64,000 nucleotides of DNA. Source: Minisyncoccota bacterium (GTDB taxonomy: Bacteria; Patescibacteriota; Minisyncoccia; UBA6257; GWB1-50-10). A model generated the notes under the pieces. That model searched no databases, was not told where the DNA came from, and worked only from the letters and a program-made list of their open reading frames with translations. Below are positions 6,522 through 15,964 of this stretch, one piece after another. A program made the translations under genes and the position numbers. The stretch's first letter is position 1. Each line of letters begins with the position of its first letter. The DNA lies in assembly GCA_041665265.1 (NCBI GenBank), contig JBAYJE010000004.1, forward strand, positions 507 through 64,506. The letters run 5' to 3'.

Positions 6522-9299
6522 TTATGAGCATCCGCCTGAAGAATCACCACACTGGAGGCAAGTAAGACAGGTGCCAGTACGCACCATCATGCCCCCACAC
6601 TTTCTACACACCACATCAGCAACTACACTACTTTTTGCTTTCTTCTGTGGCTCATCGAATCCGTTCCCTCCTGTCACTGTGGCATGAACTGCTACAGGCG
6701 ACTGGATGTCTTGTACTTCCTTTGTGTCGTGCTTCCCCTCTTCAAGAAGTTGAATCATACCGAATTCGGAAAGATCATCTGAAGTAAGGAAGCGAAGTGC
6801 GAGATAACGAAAAATATAATCTACGATACTCGTCGCAATTCTAATATTTGGATTTTCTGTAAATCCTGCGGGCTCGAAACGAGTATAAATAAACTTATGA
6901 GAAAGATCCTTCAACGGCACACCGTACTGAAGTGCCATTGAAACGGAGATTGCAAATGCATCAAGTAATCCGGAAAGAGTACTTCCCTGCTTCGACATTC
7001 TAATAAATATTTCAGAGAGCGCTCCATCTTCGTAGGTGCTATAGGTAAGATATCCCTCATGCCCTGCAATTGAAAACTTATGTGTTTCAGATGCGCGTGT
7101 CGCAGGAAGTCGTCTTCGAGTAATAGTATCTGCTACCACCTCAGGTTCTTTTTTCTTCTTTTGTGCGGCGGTGCTGAGTGGTTGTGTTGCTTTTGATCCA
7201 TCACGATATACAGCAAATGCTTTAATGCCATGTTTCCACGCCATCATATATGCATCTGCAATTTCTTCTTTCGTCGTCTCATGCTCCATATTAAATGTTT
7301 TTGAAATAGCGCCAGAAATAAATGGTTGCACCGCTGCCACCATCTTCACATGACCACGCCACGAAATTGAACGTGTGCCGTTTGCCGATCTCACTGCGCA
7401 ATCAAATACAGGGAGGTGGTCATTTTTTAAATGGGGAGCACCTTCAATGGTATTATGTTCTGCAATCCATGTAGTGATATCTGCCTGTTCACTACTTGAG
7501 TAACCAAGATTTTGAAGCGCGGGTTCTACACTCGCATTTACAATCTTCATCCATCCTCCTCCGACGAGTTGTTTCATCTTCACTAATGAGAAGTCTGGTT
7601 CGATGCCTGTTGTATCACAATCCATCATGAAAGAAATAGTACCTGTGGGTGCAATCACGGTAGTTTGCGAATTACGAAATCCATTTTTCTCACCGAGTTT
7701 ATATGCCTCCTCCCACACTTCGCGAGCTGCCGCGCCAAGATTTTTATCATTCAATGAGAATGGATTGATGGTGTGTGATGCCGCGCCATGCATACGAATA
7801 ACATTAAGCATTGGGTCACGATTAATCGCATAGCCCTCAAACGCGCCCACCTGCCTTGCAATAACTGAGGAGAAACGATATGCCTCACCTGCCATAAGTG
7901 ACGCTATAGCGCCTCCAAGTGCCCTCCCCTCATCAGAATCGTAAGGAAAGCCTTTGGTCATAAGAAGTGCACCAAGATTAGCAAAACCAAGCCCTAGCTG
8001 CCTAAATTTATGAGCATTCTCCCCAATCTTCTCTGTGGGATAACTTGAGGCATCTACAATAATATCTTGCGCCAAAATAAAAGTATCAACGGTATGCTTA
8101 AACTCTTTTACCATGAAAGTGCCATCTTCCTTAAGAAATTTCATAAGATTGATGGACGCAAGATTACACGCCGAGTTATCAATGCTCATATATTCTGAAC
8201 ACGGATTCGATCCATTAATTCTTCCCGAATTTGGAATGGTGTGCCATCTATTAATAATTGAATCGAATTGCACTCCAGGATCACCACACTCCCATGCGGC
8301 GCTCGCAATTTCATTTAAAATATCTCGCGCACGATATTGTTGTGCCGGCAATCCACTTGTGAGAAATTTTGTCTCCCATGTGCCATCACGTTCCGCCGCC
8401 TGCATAAATTCATCAGTGATACGCACCGAATTATTTGCATTTTGATATTGGATAGAATTCCATGCCTCGTTATTTAAATCGAGCATGTTATACCCACCTT
8501 CCATGAGTACGCGAACCTTTTTCTCCTCCTCCGCTTTCACGCGAATGAATTCTAAAATATCTGGATGATCAATATTTAAAATAACCATCTTTGCTGCACG
8601 TCGTGTAGTGCCACCAGATTTAATCATACCCGCCACCGAATCTGCGCCACGCATAAAAGAAACGGGACCAGACGCATGACCACCCTTTGAAAGCGATTCA
8701 AGTTTTGAACGAAGTGTTGAAAGATTAATTCCCGCACCAGAACCTCCCTTAAAAATCATTCCTTCTGTTTTAATCCAATCAAGAATGGAACGCATATCAT
8801 CATCCACCGAAAGAATAAAACACGCAGAACATTGTGGTTTCTCTACCATGCCAACGTTAAACCACACAGGACTATTAAATGAGCCGCGTTGAAATAAAAG
8901 AATGCTCGCAAGTTCTTCTTCAAAAATTTTTCCCTGTGCCACATCGAAGTAACCGAACTTTTCTCCCCATGCACGAATATTTGTGGTGATTCTTGAAATC
9001 ATTTGCTTTGCACTCTCTTCGCGCTCTGCGCTGTCTACTTTTCCACGAAAATATTTTGCAACAGTAATATTAATTGCATTTGCAGACCAAAAATCAGGGA
9101 ACTCAACATTTTTTTGTTCAAATACTTTCTTTTCTCCTCCTACTACCGCATCTCGTCGCGCCCACGTTACCTCATCATAGGGATGAATTCCTTCATGCGT
9201 GAAAACACGTTTCAACGAAATCTCGTTTCGTGATTTTGTCTTTTCACCACTTCCTTTTTTTATAGTGGGGGTTCCTGGGGTTGTTTTCTTTATTACCAT
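6522..9299 (-). CDS. nrdJ: adenosylcobalamin-dependent ribonucleoside-triphosphate/diphosphate reductase (class II RNR)
   Basis: 925 aa; RNR active-site region SNPCSEY...ACNLASINL; C-terminal Cys-rich tail CRKCGGMM..CLTCLQCGDSSGGCS typical of NrdJ. Confidence 0.8.
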   Translation of the reverse strand: MVIKKTTPGTPTIKKGSGEKTKSRNEISLKRVFTHEGIHPYDEVTWARRDAVVGGEKKVFEQKNVEFPDFWSANAINITVAKYFRGKVDSAEREESAKQMISRITTNIRAWGEKFGYFDVAQGKIFEEELASILLFQRGSFNSPVWFNVGMVEKPQCSACFILSVDDDMRSILDWIKTEGMIFKGGSGAGINLSTLRSKLESLSKGGHASGPVSFMRGADSVAGMIKSGGTTRRAAKMVILNIDHPDILEFIRVKAEEEKKVRVLMEGGYNMLDLNNEAWNSIQYQNANNSVRITDEFMQAAERDGTWETKFLTSGLPAQQYRARDILNEIASAAWECGDPGVQFDSIINRWHTIPNSGRINGSNPCSEYMSIDNSACNLASINLMKFLKEDGTFMVKEFKHTVDTFILAQDIIVDASSYPTEKIGENAHKFRQLGLGFANLGALLMTKGFPYDSDEGRALGGAIASLMAGEAYRFSSVIARQVGAFEGYAINRDPMLNVIRMHGAASHTINPFSLNDKNLGAAAREVWEEAYKLGEKNGFRNSQTTVIAPTGTISFMMDCDTTGIEPDFSLVKMKQLVGGGWMKIVNASVEPALQNLGYSSSEQADITTWIAEHNTIEGAPHLKNDHLPVFDCAVRSANGTRSISWRGHVKMVAAVQPFISGAISKTFNMEHETTKEEIADAYMMAWKHGIKAFAVYRDGSKATQPLSTAAQKKKKEPEVVADTITRRRLPATRASETHKFSIAGHEGYLTYSTYEDGALSEIFIRMSKQGSTLSGLLDAFAISVSMALQYGVPLKDLSHKFIYTRFEPAGFTENPNIRIATSIVDYIFRYLALRFLTSDDLSEFGMIQLLEEGKHDTKEVQDIQSPVAVHATVTGGNGFDEPQKKAKSSVVADVVCRKCGGMMVRTGTCLTCLQCGDSSGGCS

Positions 9300-9351
9300 G
9301 AGTTCATGATATCAGAAAAAAAAATCGTTTTTTCTGTGCATAAGAGGCGCA

Positions 9352-9388
9352 AAAGATATAAAAAATGGCTCTCTGTCAAAAGAGAGCC
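9352..9388 (-). terminator. rho-independent terminator after ftsZ
   Basis: Hairpin GGCTCTCT-GTCAAA-AGAGAGCC followed on the minus strand by ATTTTTTATAT. Confidence 0.6.
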
Positions 9389-9400
9389 ACTCACCCTAAA

Positions 9401-10633
9401 TTATTTTTTCTTCTTCCGAAGGAATGCGGGAATCTCCCACGTTTCTTCGTTATCGGAAACCTGTGTTTTTCCCGCTTTCTCCTTTTCTGAAACATTTGAT
9501 ACCTTTTCCTTCGAGTCGGCTGTAGGAGGAGTAGGAATTTTTACTGTTTTAGGAAACTCATCAGTTATGAAAAGTGTGGGAGTTGCCATACGAGTTTGGA
9601 AAACGCCATTAAATCCGGTTGCAATGACCGTCACCTTAAGACTCTTATCTTTTAGACTCCTATCGTGATATGCGCCAAAAATAACACGTGCATTTGAATC
9701 AAGATTCCCCGCCACCGTCTTTGCAATATCATTTACTTCGGACATTTTAATGTCGCGCCCTCCTGCAATACTAAAAAGCACGCTTCGTGCACCATCAATA
9801 GAGATTTCGAGAAGTGGGGAATTCAACGCCGCATTTACTGCTTTCACACTTCTATCCTGACCTGAGGCGATACCAATACCTACCATCGTCTGCCCTGCAT
9901 CGCGTAAGATTGCACGCACGTCTGCAAAATCAACATTAATAAGGCCTGGCATATTAATAAGTTCTGCAAGCGACTGCACACCGTTACGTAATACGTCATC
10001 AATAAATCCAAATGCGCGCACTACCGAAGTGTCTTTATCAATTAATCCAAAAATGCGGTCATTCGGAATAACCACAAGCGCATCTACTTTTTCTTTAAAT
10101 TTAATAAGTGCTTCTTGTGCGATTGCCATGCGCTGTGCTCCCTCAAATCCGAATGGTTTTGTAATAATACCAATCGTAAGAATTCCTTTTTCTTTTGCGA
10201 TATCCGCAACCACTGGACCGGCACCACTCCCCGTACCACCACCAAGTCCTGCAGTCACAAAAACAATATCTGCATCTTCAAGTGCTTCACCAATCTCAGA
10301 ACGATTTTCTTCAGCGGCTTGCTTTCCTATTTCAGGATTCATTCCTGCACCAAGTCCTTTGGTAAGTGCTTTTCCAATATAAATTTTCTTATGTGCCGAT
10401 GCGTAATCCAAATCTTGTGCGTCGGTATTAATCGCAATATACTCCACACCACGAATACGATCACTCTCCATCATGCGAGTGATTGCGTTTCCCCCACCAC
10501 CACCTACTCCTATCACTTTAATTTTAGTAAGTGTGGAAGAAATCTTTTTCTTTACAGGCATATCAGTTGTTTTCTCAGATGACTGAGGGATTGTTCCTTT
10601 CTTTTTTTTCTTTGTCATTTTCTTTTTGTTCAT
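9401..10633 (-). CDS. ftsZ: cell division protein FtsZ
   Basis: Tubulin signatures GVGGGGGNAITRM and VTAGLGGGTGSGAGP. N-terminal Lys-rich extension; the start could be the internal MPVKKK at 10561. Confidence 0.9.
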   Translation of the reverse strand: MNKKKMTKKKKKGTIPQSSEKTTDMPVKKKISSTLTKIKVIGVGGGGGNAITRMMESDRIRGVEYIAINTDAQDLDYASAHKKIYIGKALTKGLGAGMNPEIGKQAAEENRSEIGEALEDADIVFVTAGLGGGTGSGAGPVVADIAKEKGILTIGIITKPFGFEGAQRMAIAQEALIKFKEKVDALVVIPNDRIFGLIDKDTSVVRAFGFIDDVLRNGVQSLAELINMPGLINVDFADVRAILRDAGQTMVGIGIASGQDRSVKAVNAALNSPLLEISIDGARSVLFSIAGGRDIKMSEVNDIAKTVAGNLDSNARVIFGAYHDRSLKDKSLKVTVIATGFNGVFQTRMATPTLFITDEFPKTVKIPTPPTADSKEKVSNVSEKEKAGKTQVSDNEETWEIPAFLRKKKK

Positions 10634-10636
10634 AGA

Positions 10637-11857
10637 TTAAGGAAAAAGATTCTTAAGCACTTGGCGAACTATATCTAATACATTACTCCCTGGTTTTTTA
10701 TCTTCCGCACTTCCCCACATAAGCAATCCAACCGCGGTCACAAACTCTGGATCATCTAATAACTCTTGATGTGCGGGATTGGTAATTTCCATATCGGAAA
10801 GATTGGGAAATCCTACTTGCGCAGGAAGTTTTAACTCCTGTCTCACAAACTCAGTCATTCCAGGAAGCTTCACACCACCCCCCACAATTACTACTCCACC
10901 TGGGAGTTGAAGATTGCGCCCAAGTGTTTTCAATTCATTATTTACGAGATCAAGGATTTCTTCAAGACGTACTTCAATAATCTCAGCAAGGAAGCGCTTT
11001 GAAATCTCAGTAGTATTCTTCGGATCAATCTCAGACAAGCGCACAAGTTCCTTACGCCCAATCTCTTTTGAGCTTGCAAAACCGTAAGCTACTTTTAATT
11101 TCTCCGCTACATCAAAGGGAATACGAAATCCTGCCACAATATCATTGGTAATATATCCAGAACCAAGAGGAATGCTCTTCGTACAAAGAACCTTCCCTTC
11201 TTCATAAATAACAAATGAGGTTGTATCAGATCCAAAATCAATAAGAAGAACTCCTAAATCTTTTTGTCTCTTGGTAAGCACGGTCCTTGCAGATGCGAGC
11301 GGATTAAAGATAACACCACCAACTCCGAAACCAACACGATCAAGTGTTTTTGTCACGATAGAAAGATGTGGTCCAAACACTTCAACAATAAGAGTATTTG
11401 CCTCAAGACGATTTCCGGACATACCAAGAGGATCAGCAATATCTCCTACACCATCAACAAAATATTCTCGCACCATATTATGGAGTACCATACGATTCTG
11501 CTGTACCTTACCTGCACGCGCTGCTTCAACTACACGATCAACATCATCTTGTTGAATTTCTTGATCTGCACGCGCCACTGCCACCATACCTTGTGACTGC
11601 CGAGACCACACATGATCACTATTAATATTTACCCACACATTTTCTGTCGCATGTTTTGAAACGCGTTTCAAATCAAGCACAAGTCCACGCAATGTAGCAG
11701 TCGCACTTTCTACATCAACAAGAATGCCGCGCTTAAATCCTGCGGACGGATGCCTAAACGCAGTAACTACCGAAAGAGTTCCATCTTTTTTTTGTGTCGC
11801 AACAATTCCTTTTATTTGTGATGATCCGATATCAAGACTAGTAATCAATGAAGACAT
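10637..11857 (-). CDS. ftsA: cell division protein FtsA (actin-like ATPase)
   Basis: LDIGSSQIKGIVA phosphate-1 motif and actin-fold layout; directly upstream of ftsZ with a 3-nt gap. Confidence 0.85.
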   Translation of the reverse strand: MSSLITSLDIGSSQIKGIVATQKKDGTLSVVTAFRHPSAGFKRGILVDVESATATLRGLVLDLKRVSKHATENVWVNINSDHVWSRQSQGMVAVARADQEIQQDDVDRVVEAARAGKVQQNRMVLHNMVREYFVDGVGDIADPLGMSGNRLEANTLIVEVFGPHLSIVTKTLDRVGFGVGGVIFNPLASARTVLTKRQKDLGVLLIDFGSDTTSFVIYEEGKVLCTKSIPLGSGYITNDIVAGFRIPFDVAEKLKVAYGFASSKEIGRKELVRLSEIDPKNTTEISKRFLAEIIEVRLEEILDLVNNELKTLGRNLQLPGGVVIVGGGVKLPGMTEFVRQELKLPAQVGFPNLSDMEITNPAHQELLDDPEFVTAVGLLMWGSAEDKKPGSNVLDIVRQVLKNLFP

Positions 11858-11889
11858 GGGTATGCAATAATGTAATCTATTTTATATTT

Positions 11890-12312
11890 TTATTTTCGCA
11901 CCGTGCGAGCAAGAAGACGATCTTCGGCTCGTTCCATCCTCATCCTATCACTCTTTTTTGCATGAGTATACTCGAACAAGTGGAGAAGCCCATGCACAGT
12001 TAAAAGTTTTATATCCTCCTCTTTCGCCTTAATAAAATCGGGCGCAAGATAGATTTCCCCAAGGTAGTGTTGCTTCCCAACGTCAGCACGCGGGAACTCT
12101 TTTGCTTCAAAACTTAGCACATTCGTTGGTACGTCCTTCCCTCGAAACGTGCGATTAAGTGTCTTCATTTCCTTATTTGAAACGAGATAGAGTTCGAGTG
12201 CTACCTCCGTCTTTTTGAGCTTCGCGAGTGATAAGGTAAGTACTGTCCGCACCACGCGAACAAGTGGTAAGAATTTCTTTTGAGAACAATTGATGGTTAT
12301 TGAGGATTTCAT
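11890..12312 (-). CDS. ybeY: rRNA maturation endoribonuclease YbeY
   Basis: Metal-binding motif VHGLLHLFEYTH (H-x3-H-x5-H); ORF extends to 12354, start chosen at MKSS. Confidence 0.75.
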   Translation of the reverse strand: MKSSITINCSQKKFLPLVRVVRTVLTLSLAKLKKTEVALELYLVSNKEMKTLNRTFRGKDVPTNVLSFEAKEFPRADVGKQHYLGEIYLAPDFIKAKEEDIKLLTVHGLLHLFEYTHAKKSDRMRMERAEDRLLARTVRK

Positions 12313-12381
12313 ATGCGTGGCTTCATTATAAAAAAAAACACGGATTGTTACCAATTCGTGTTCTACCCTCCTTTCTTACTT

Positions 12382-12840
12382 TTAGGAAAGAAGTTCTTTC
12401 AAGATTCTCGTGACAACTGCAGCGTCTGCTTTTCCTTTTAATTCTTTCATCACGGTACCCATAACTTTTCCAAAATCTTTTGGACTTACTTCTCCCGCTG
12501 CGCTCACTAATCTCTGAACTTCTTTTTTAATATCCTCATCGCTCATTTGTGCAGGAAGATACACTTCAAGTACTTTTAATTCCGCGAGTTCTTTTGCGGC
12601 GAGATCTTCACGCTTTCCTTGGGTATAAAGTGTAATTGCTTCTTTTCTCTTTTTTACTTCACGGCGCGCGATTTCAAGTGTCTCCTCATCGCTCAACTTC
12701 TCATTCTCCCCCTTCCCACGCTTTTCAATCGCACGATTATGAAGCGCTGACACAAGAAGACGAAGCGTATCTGCAACAATACTATTCCGCGATTTAAATG
12801 CGGCTTCAAAATCTGATTTTAATTTTTCTTCGAGAGACAT
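12382..12840 (-). CDS. GatB/YqeY domain-containing protein
   Basis: 152 aa; characteristic YqeY sequence (LKSDFEAAFKSRNS..ADTLRLL...KEL.GKAD). Confidence 0.7.
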   Translation of the reverse strand: MSLEEKLKSDFEAAFKSRNSIVADTLRLLVSALHNRAIEKRGKGENEKLSDEETLEIARREVKKRKEAITLYTQGKREDLAAKELAELKVLEVYLPAQMSDEDIKKEVQRLVSAAGEVSPKDFGKVMGTVMKELKGKADAAVVTRILKELLS

Positions 12841-12867
12841 GGATTGAGTATACCGAACAATACGTGG

Positions 12868-13083
12868 TTACTTACTTCCGTATTTTTTCGATTCCGCAAA
12901 CTCGCCCTGCTTTTCTATTTTATAGAGAGCTGCATTGCGTCGCTTTCCGCGGTTTGCTACGCGCTTAGTAAACTGGCGCTTACGCACCTCTTTTACCAAA
13001 CCACTATGTTGTACCCGTTTTGTGAAACGATAGAGCATTGAGCTCGATGTTTCCCCTTCTCTTTTTCGTACTTCTATTGCCAT
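12868..13083 (-). CDS. rpsU: 30S ribosomal protein S21
   Basis: 71 aa, MAIEVRKREGE...RKRQFTKR, very basic; classic S21. Confidence 0.8.
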   Translation of the reverse strand: MAIEVRKREGETSSSMLYRFTKRVQHSGLVKEVRKRQFTKRVANRGKRRNAALYKIEKQGEFAESKKYGSK

Positions 13084-13087
13084 AAGT

Positions 13088-13498
13088 CTATTCCTTTATA
13101 ATCTTATTTTTCATTTCCGTCAATGTTTCTTGAGAAGGATTTGATACTATGCCATGAATCGACGAGCCACCGTCAGTCTTCCAACGAGGGATTATATGAA
13201 TATGAAGATGATCAATCGCCTGTCCTGCCCACTTCCCATGATTAATACCAATAGTAAACCCATCAGGCTGAAGTGCATCCTGTAACCATCCTGTTACTTT
13301 CTTTACCGCACTAAAAAGTGGTCCTAAATCTGCATTGCTCACCCCAAGAATTGTTTCTGCGTGAATCTTCGGAAGTATCATGGTATGCCCTGGTGCAACT
13401 GGATGTACATCTAACACTGCGAGAGCCACGTCATCTTCATAGATAATTTCCGAGGGAATTTCCTTCTTCACTATTTTACAGAAAATACATTCGCTCAT
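13088..13498 (-). CDS. HIT-family (histidine triad) hydrolase
   Basis: HLHIHIIP histidine-triad motif; 136 aa. Confidence 0.75.
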   Translation of the reverse strand: MSECIFCKIVKKEIPSEIIYEDDVALAVLDVHPVAPGHTMILPKIHAETILGVSNADLGPLFSAVKKVTGWLQDALQPDGFTIGINHGKWAGQAIDHLHIHIIPRWKTDGGSSIHGIVSNPSQETLTEMKNKIIKE

Positions 13499-13499
13499 A

Positions 13500-14804
13500 C
13501 TACTTGAGACGCTTCTTTACCTGTTCCACAAATGTATCCACAATAAATGTTTCCTGAGCTCCCGACTTCATATCGCGCACGATAATTGTATTTTCGAATG
13601 CCTCTTTCTGTCCAAAAATAAGCGACATTGGTACGTGTGATTTTTCAGCAAACTTCATCTGTGCTTTTAATGTCTTCTTCCCTATTGCCTCAACCACACC
13701 CACCCCTCCCATGCGAAGCATATTCATGAGTCGTACACTCATTTTCCGTGCTTGGTCTCCCACCGCCATAAAGGCTACGCGTGGCTTCATCTTTCTGCGC
13801 AATTCTACGTTTTTTATCCTTAACTGCTCCACGATTCTATCTAATCCTAACGCAACACCTACTCCAGGAATTGTCTTTCCAAATAATGCCTCTGCAAGGT
13901 AGTCATAGCGTCCACCGCCTGCGAGCGCAAAATGAGTATCACTACTCATAATCTCAAAAATAGTACGATTACAATACTCTTTTTCGCGTACGAAAAATGG
14001 ATCGGGCTCATACACAATGCCGTTATCCTCTACGAGCTCTAATACTGCTTTGAAATGATTATTACAACCCTGACACAAATGATCGAGAATAATTGGTGCC
14101 TCCTTCCTACTCTCTCTGCATTCTGTCTTCGTGCAATTAAAAAGTCTCATGGGGTTCTCTTCGAGATCTGTTTTACACGTCGCGCACATTGGCTGCTTGC
14201 GATAATACACTTTTAATTTCTCGCGATAACTCGTGCGACACACCTTACAGCCCGCGGTATTAATGCGCAATCGAAGATTTTGAAATTTGAGTATTTTCAA
14301 AAATTCAAACGCTGCAAGAATAATCTGCATGTCATACACGGGGTCATTGTCTCCTATCACATCAAATCCCCACTGATGCACCTGACGCAATTTTCCATCA
14401 TCAATTTTTTCAAATCGAAAAATAGAACCATTTTGATATATCTTAAGGGGCGATGCAAAATAACCTAAATGATGTTGAATATAACTTCGCATCACAGGCG
14501 CGGAGAGATCAGCACGAAGTGACACTTGTTCATTATCGCGCGTCTTCAGCATAAATAACTTCTTTTCAATACCATCTGAAGCGCCATTCCCACGAATAAA
14601 AAGTTCTGCGTGTTCAAGCACGGGGGTTTCAATATAATGAAAATCATAAAGATCGCTTAACATCTTCCCGGTATCCCATACGGCGCGCCACCATTCTGCA
14701 TCCTTCGGAAGGATATCGTACATCCCGTGTACATTACCAAAATTCTCAAGTGACTTTGCTTTTTTCTTTGATTGTTTCTTTGGTGTCGTTTTTTCCATAT
14801 TCAA
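13500..14804 (-). CDS. hisS: histidine--tRNA ligase with Cys-rich insertion
   Basis: Class II motif 2 FRFEK..LRQVHQ and HisS motif 3 AGGGRYDYL..GVALGLDRI; C-terminal anticodon-binding domain. Four CxxC-like pairs (CKVC, CATC, CTKTEC, CQGC) sit between motifs 2 and 3. Confidence 0.8.
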   Translation of the reverse strand: MNMEKTTPKKQSKKKAKSLENFGNVHGMYDILPKDAEWWRAVWDTGKMLSDLYDFHYIETPVLEHAELFIRGNGASDGIEKKLFMLKTRDNEQVSLRADLSAPVMRSYIQHHLGYFASPLKIYQNGSIFRFEKIDDGKLRQVHQWGFDVIGDNDPVYDMQIILAAFEFLKILKFQNLRLRINTAGCKVCRTSYREKLKVYYRKQPMCATCKTDLEENPMRLFNCTKTECRESRKEAPIILDHLCQGCNNHFKAVLELVEDNGIVYEPDPFFVREKEYCNRTIFEIMSSDTHFALAGGGRYDYLAEALFGKTIPGVGVALGLDRIVEQLRIKNVELRRKMKPRVAFMAVGDQARKMSVRLMNMLRMGGVGVVEAIGKKTLKAQMKFAEKSHVPMSLIFGQKEAFENTIIVRDMKSGAQETFIVDTFVEQVKKRLK

Positions 14805-14812
14805 AAATTATA

Positions 14813-15355
14813 TTAGTACGATTGAGTACCGAATGCCATTGCTTTAGTTATCGGCCATAATCGAAAACGTACAAGGCCTATTACATCATCAGTAGGAACC
14901 GTCCCCCATCTTCTGGAATCATAACTCGCATCACGGTTGTCCCCCATCACAAAATACTCACCATCCTTCACTACAAATTTTTGTGTCTCTGTACCACTCA
15001 TACGATCCACATACGGCTCTGAGAGAATTTTCTGTGTTCCATCTTTTGCAAATACCGATACAGTATTCCCATCCACAAGCACACTTTCACCAGGAAGACC
15101 TATCACACGCTTAATATAGTACGAACGGGTATCTAAAGGGTATTTGAATACAAGCACCTCCCCACGCACTGGCTCACGAAAACGATACGCGAGTTCATCA
15201 ACAAGAAGATAATCACCATTCTGAAATCCCGGTTGCATACTAGAACCACTCACAAGAAATGGTTGTGCAACAAATGCACGCACAAGAACCACGGCAACGA
15301 CCGCAATCGCAACCGTCTCAACAACTTCAAACAGTGACCATAAAAAAGCTTTCAT
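14813..15355 (-). CDS. lepB: signal peptidase I
   Basis: Catalytic Ser box VSGSSMQPGF and GDNRDASYDSRRWG box; ORF extends to 15460, start chosen at MKAFLW to avoid overlap with pth. Confidence 0.75.
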   Translation of the reverse strand: MKAFLWSLFEVVETVAIAVVAVVLVRAFVAQPFLVSGSSMQPGFQNGDYLLVDELAYRFREPVRGEVLVFKYPLDTRSYYIKRVIGLPGESVLVDGNTVSVFAKDGTQKILSEPYVDRMSGTETQKFVVKDGEYFVMGDNRDASYDSRRWGTVPTDDVIGLVRFRLWPITKAMAFGTQSY

Positions 15356-15407
15356 TTTTGAGGGAAAATAGAATCTCCTTTTGAAATATGCGATAATCTT
15401 ACTGAAT

Positions 15408-15962
15408 ATGGAACGGAAACACAACCCTGCCAATGCTAAGGAAAAACCACGCATCATCACGCTTGTCGTGGGTCTTGGTAACCCTGGAGCCGAGTACGAG
15501 AATACTTATCACAATATAGGCTTTTCTACGGTTGATTTCCTTACCAACTACGAGCACTTCTCTCTCTCCCGTTCAAAGACTTTTACTTCGTTAGAAAAGG
15601 ACGGAATTCGCTTTATAAAACCTCTTACTTTTATGAATGATTCAGGAAGGGCGGTTGTAGATGCACTCCACTATTTCAAAAAAAAATCAGAGCACATGTG
15701 TATTATTCATGACGACATTGATGTGCCTGTAGGAAGTTATAAATTACAATTTGCGCGCGGCGCAGCGGGTCACCATGGTGTTGAATCAATTGCATCAACC
15801 CTCGACTCCACCGCCTTTTGGCGAATACGCATCGGTATAGGAAAAGAAAGCCCGTTAGGAGAAAAAATGCGCGCATCATCACTTGTACTTAGTCCCATTA
15901 CTAAAAGTGACCAAAATGCATTTATGGAAGTCTTTAAAGAAATAAAAGAACTTCTTTTTTAA
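15408..15962 (+). CDS. pth: peptidyl-tRNA hydrolase
   Basis: Signature VGLGNPGAEYENTYHNIGF; ORF from 15381, start chosen at MERKH. Confidence 0.8.
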   Translation: MERKHNPANAKEKPRIITLVVGLGNPGAEYENTYHNIGFSTVDFLTNYEHFSLSRSKTFTSLEKDGIRFIKPLTFMNDSGRAVVDALHYFKKKSEHMCIIHDDIDVPVGSYKLQFARGAAGHHGVESIASTLDSTAFWRIRIGIGKESPLGEKMRASSLVLSPITKSDQNAFMEVFKEIKELLF

Positions 15963-15964
15963 AA

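Noticed and set aside
10029-11625. Plus-strand ORFs antisense to ftsZ and ftsA
   Set aside because: Shadow ORFs; ftsA and ftsZ assignments are unambiguous.
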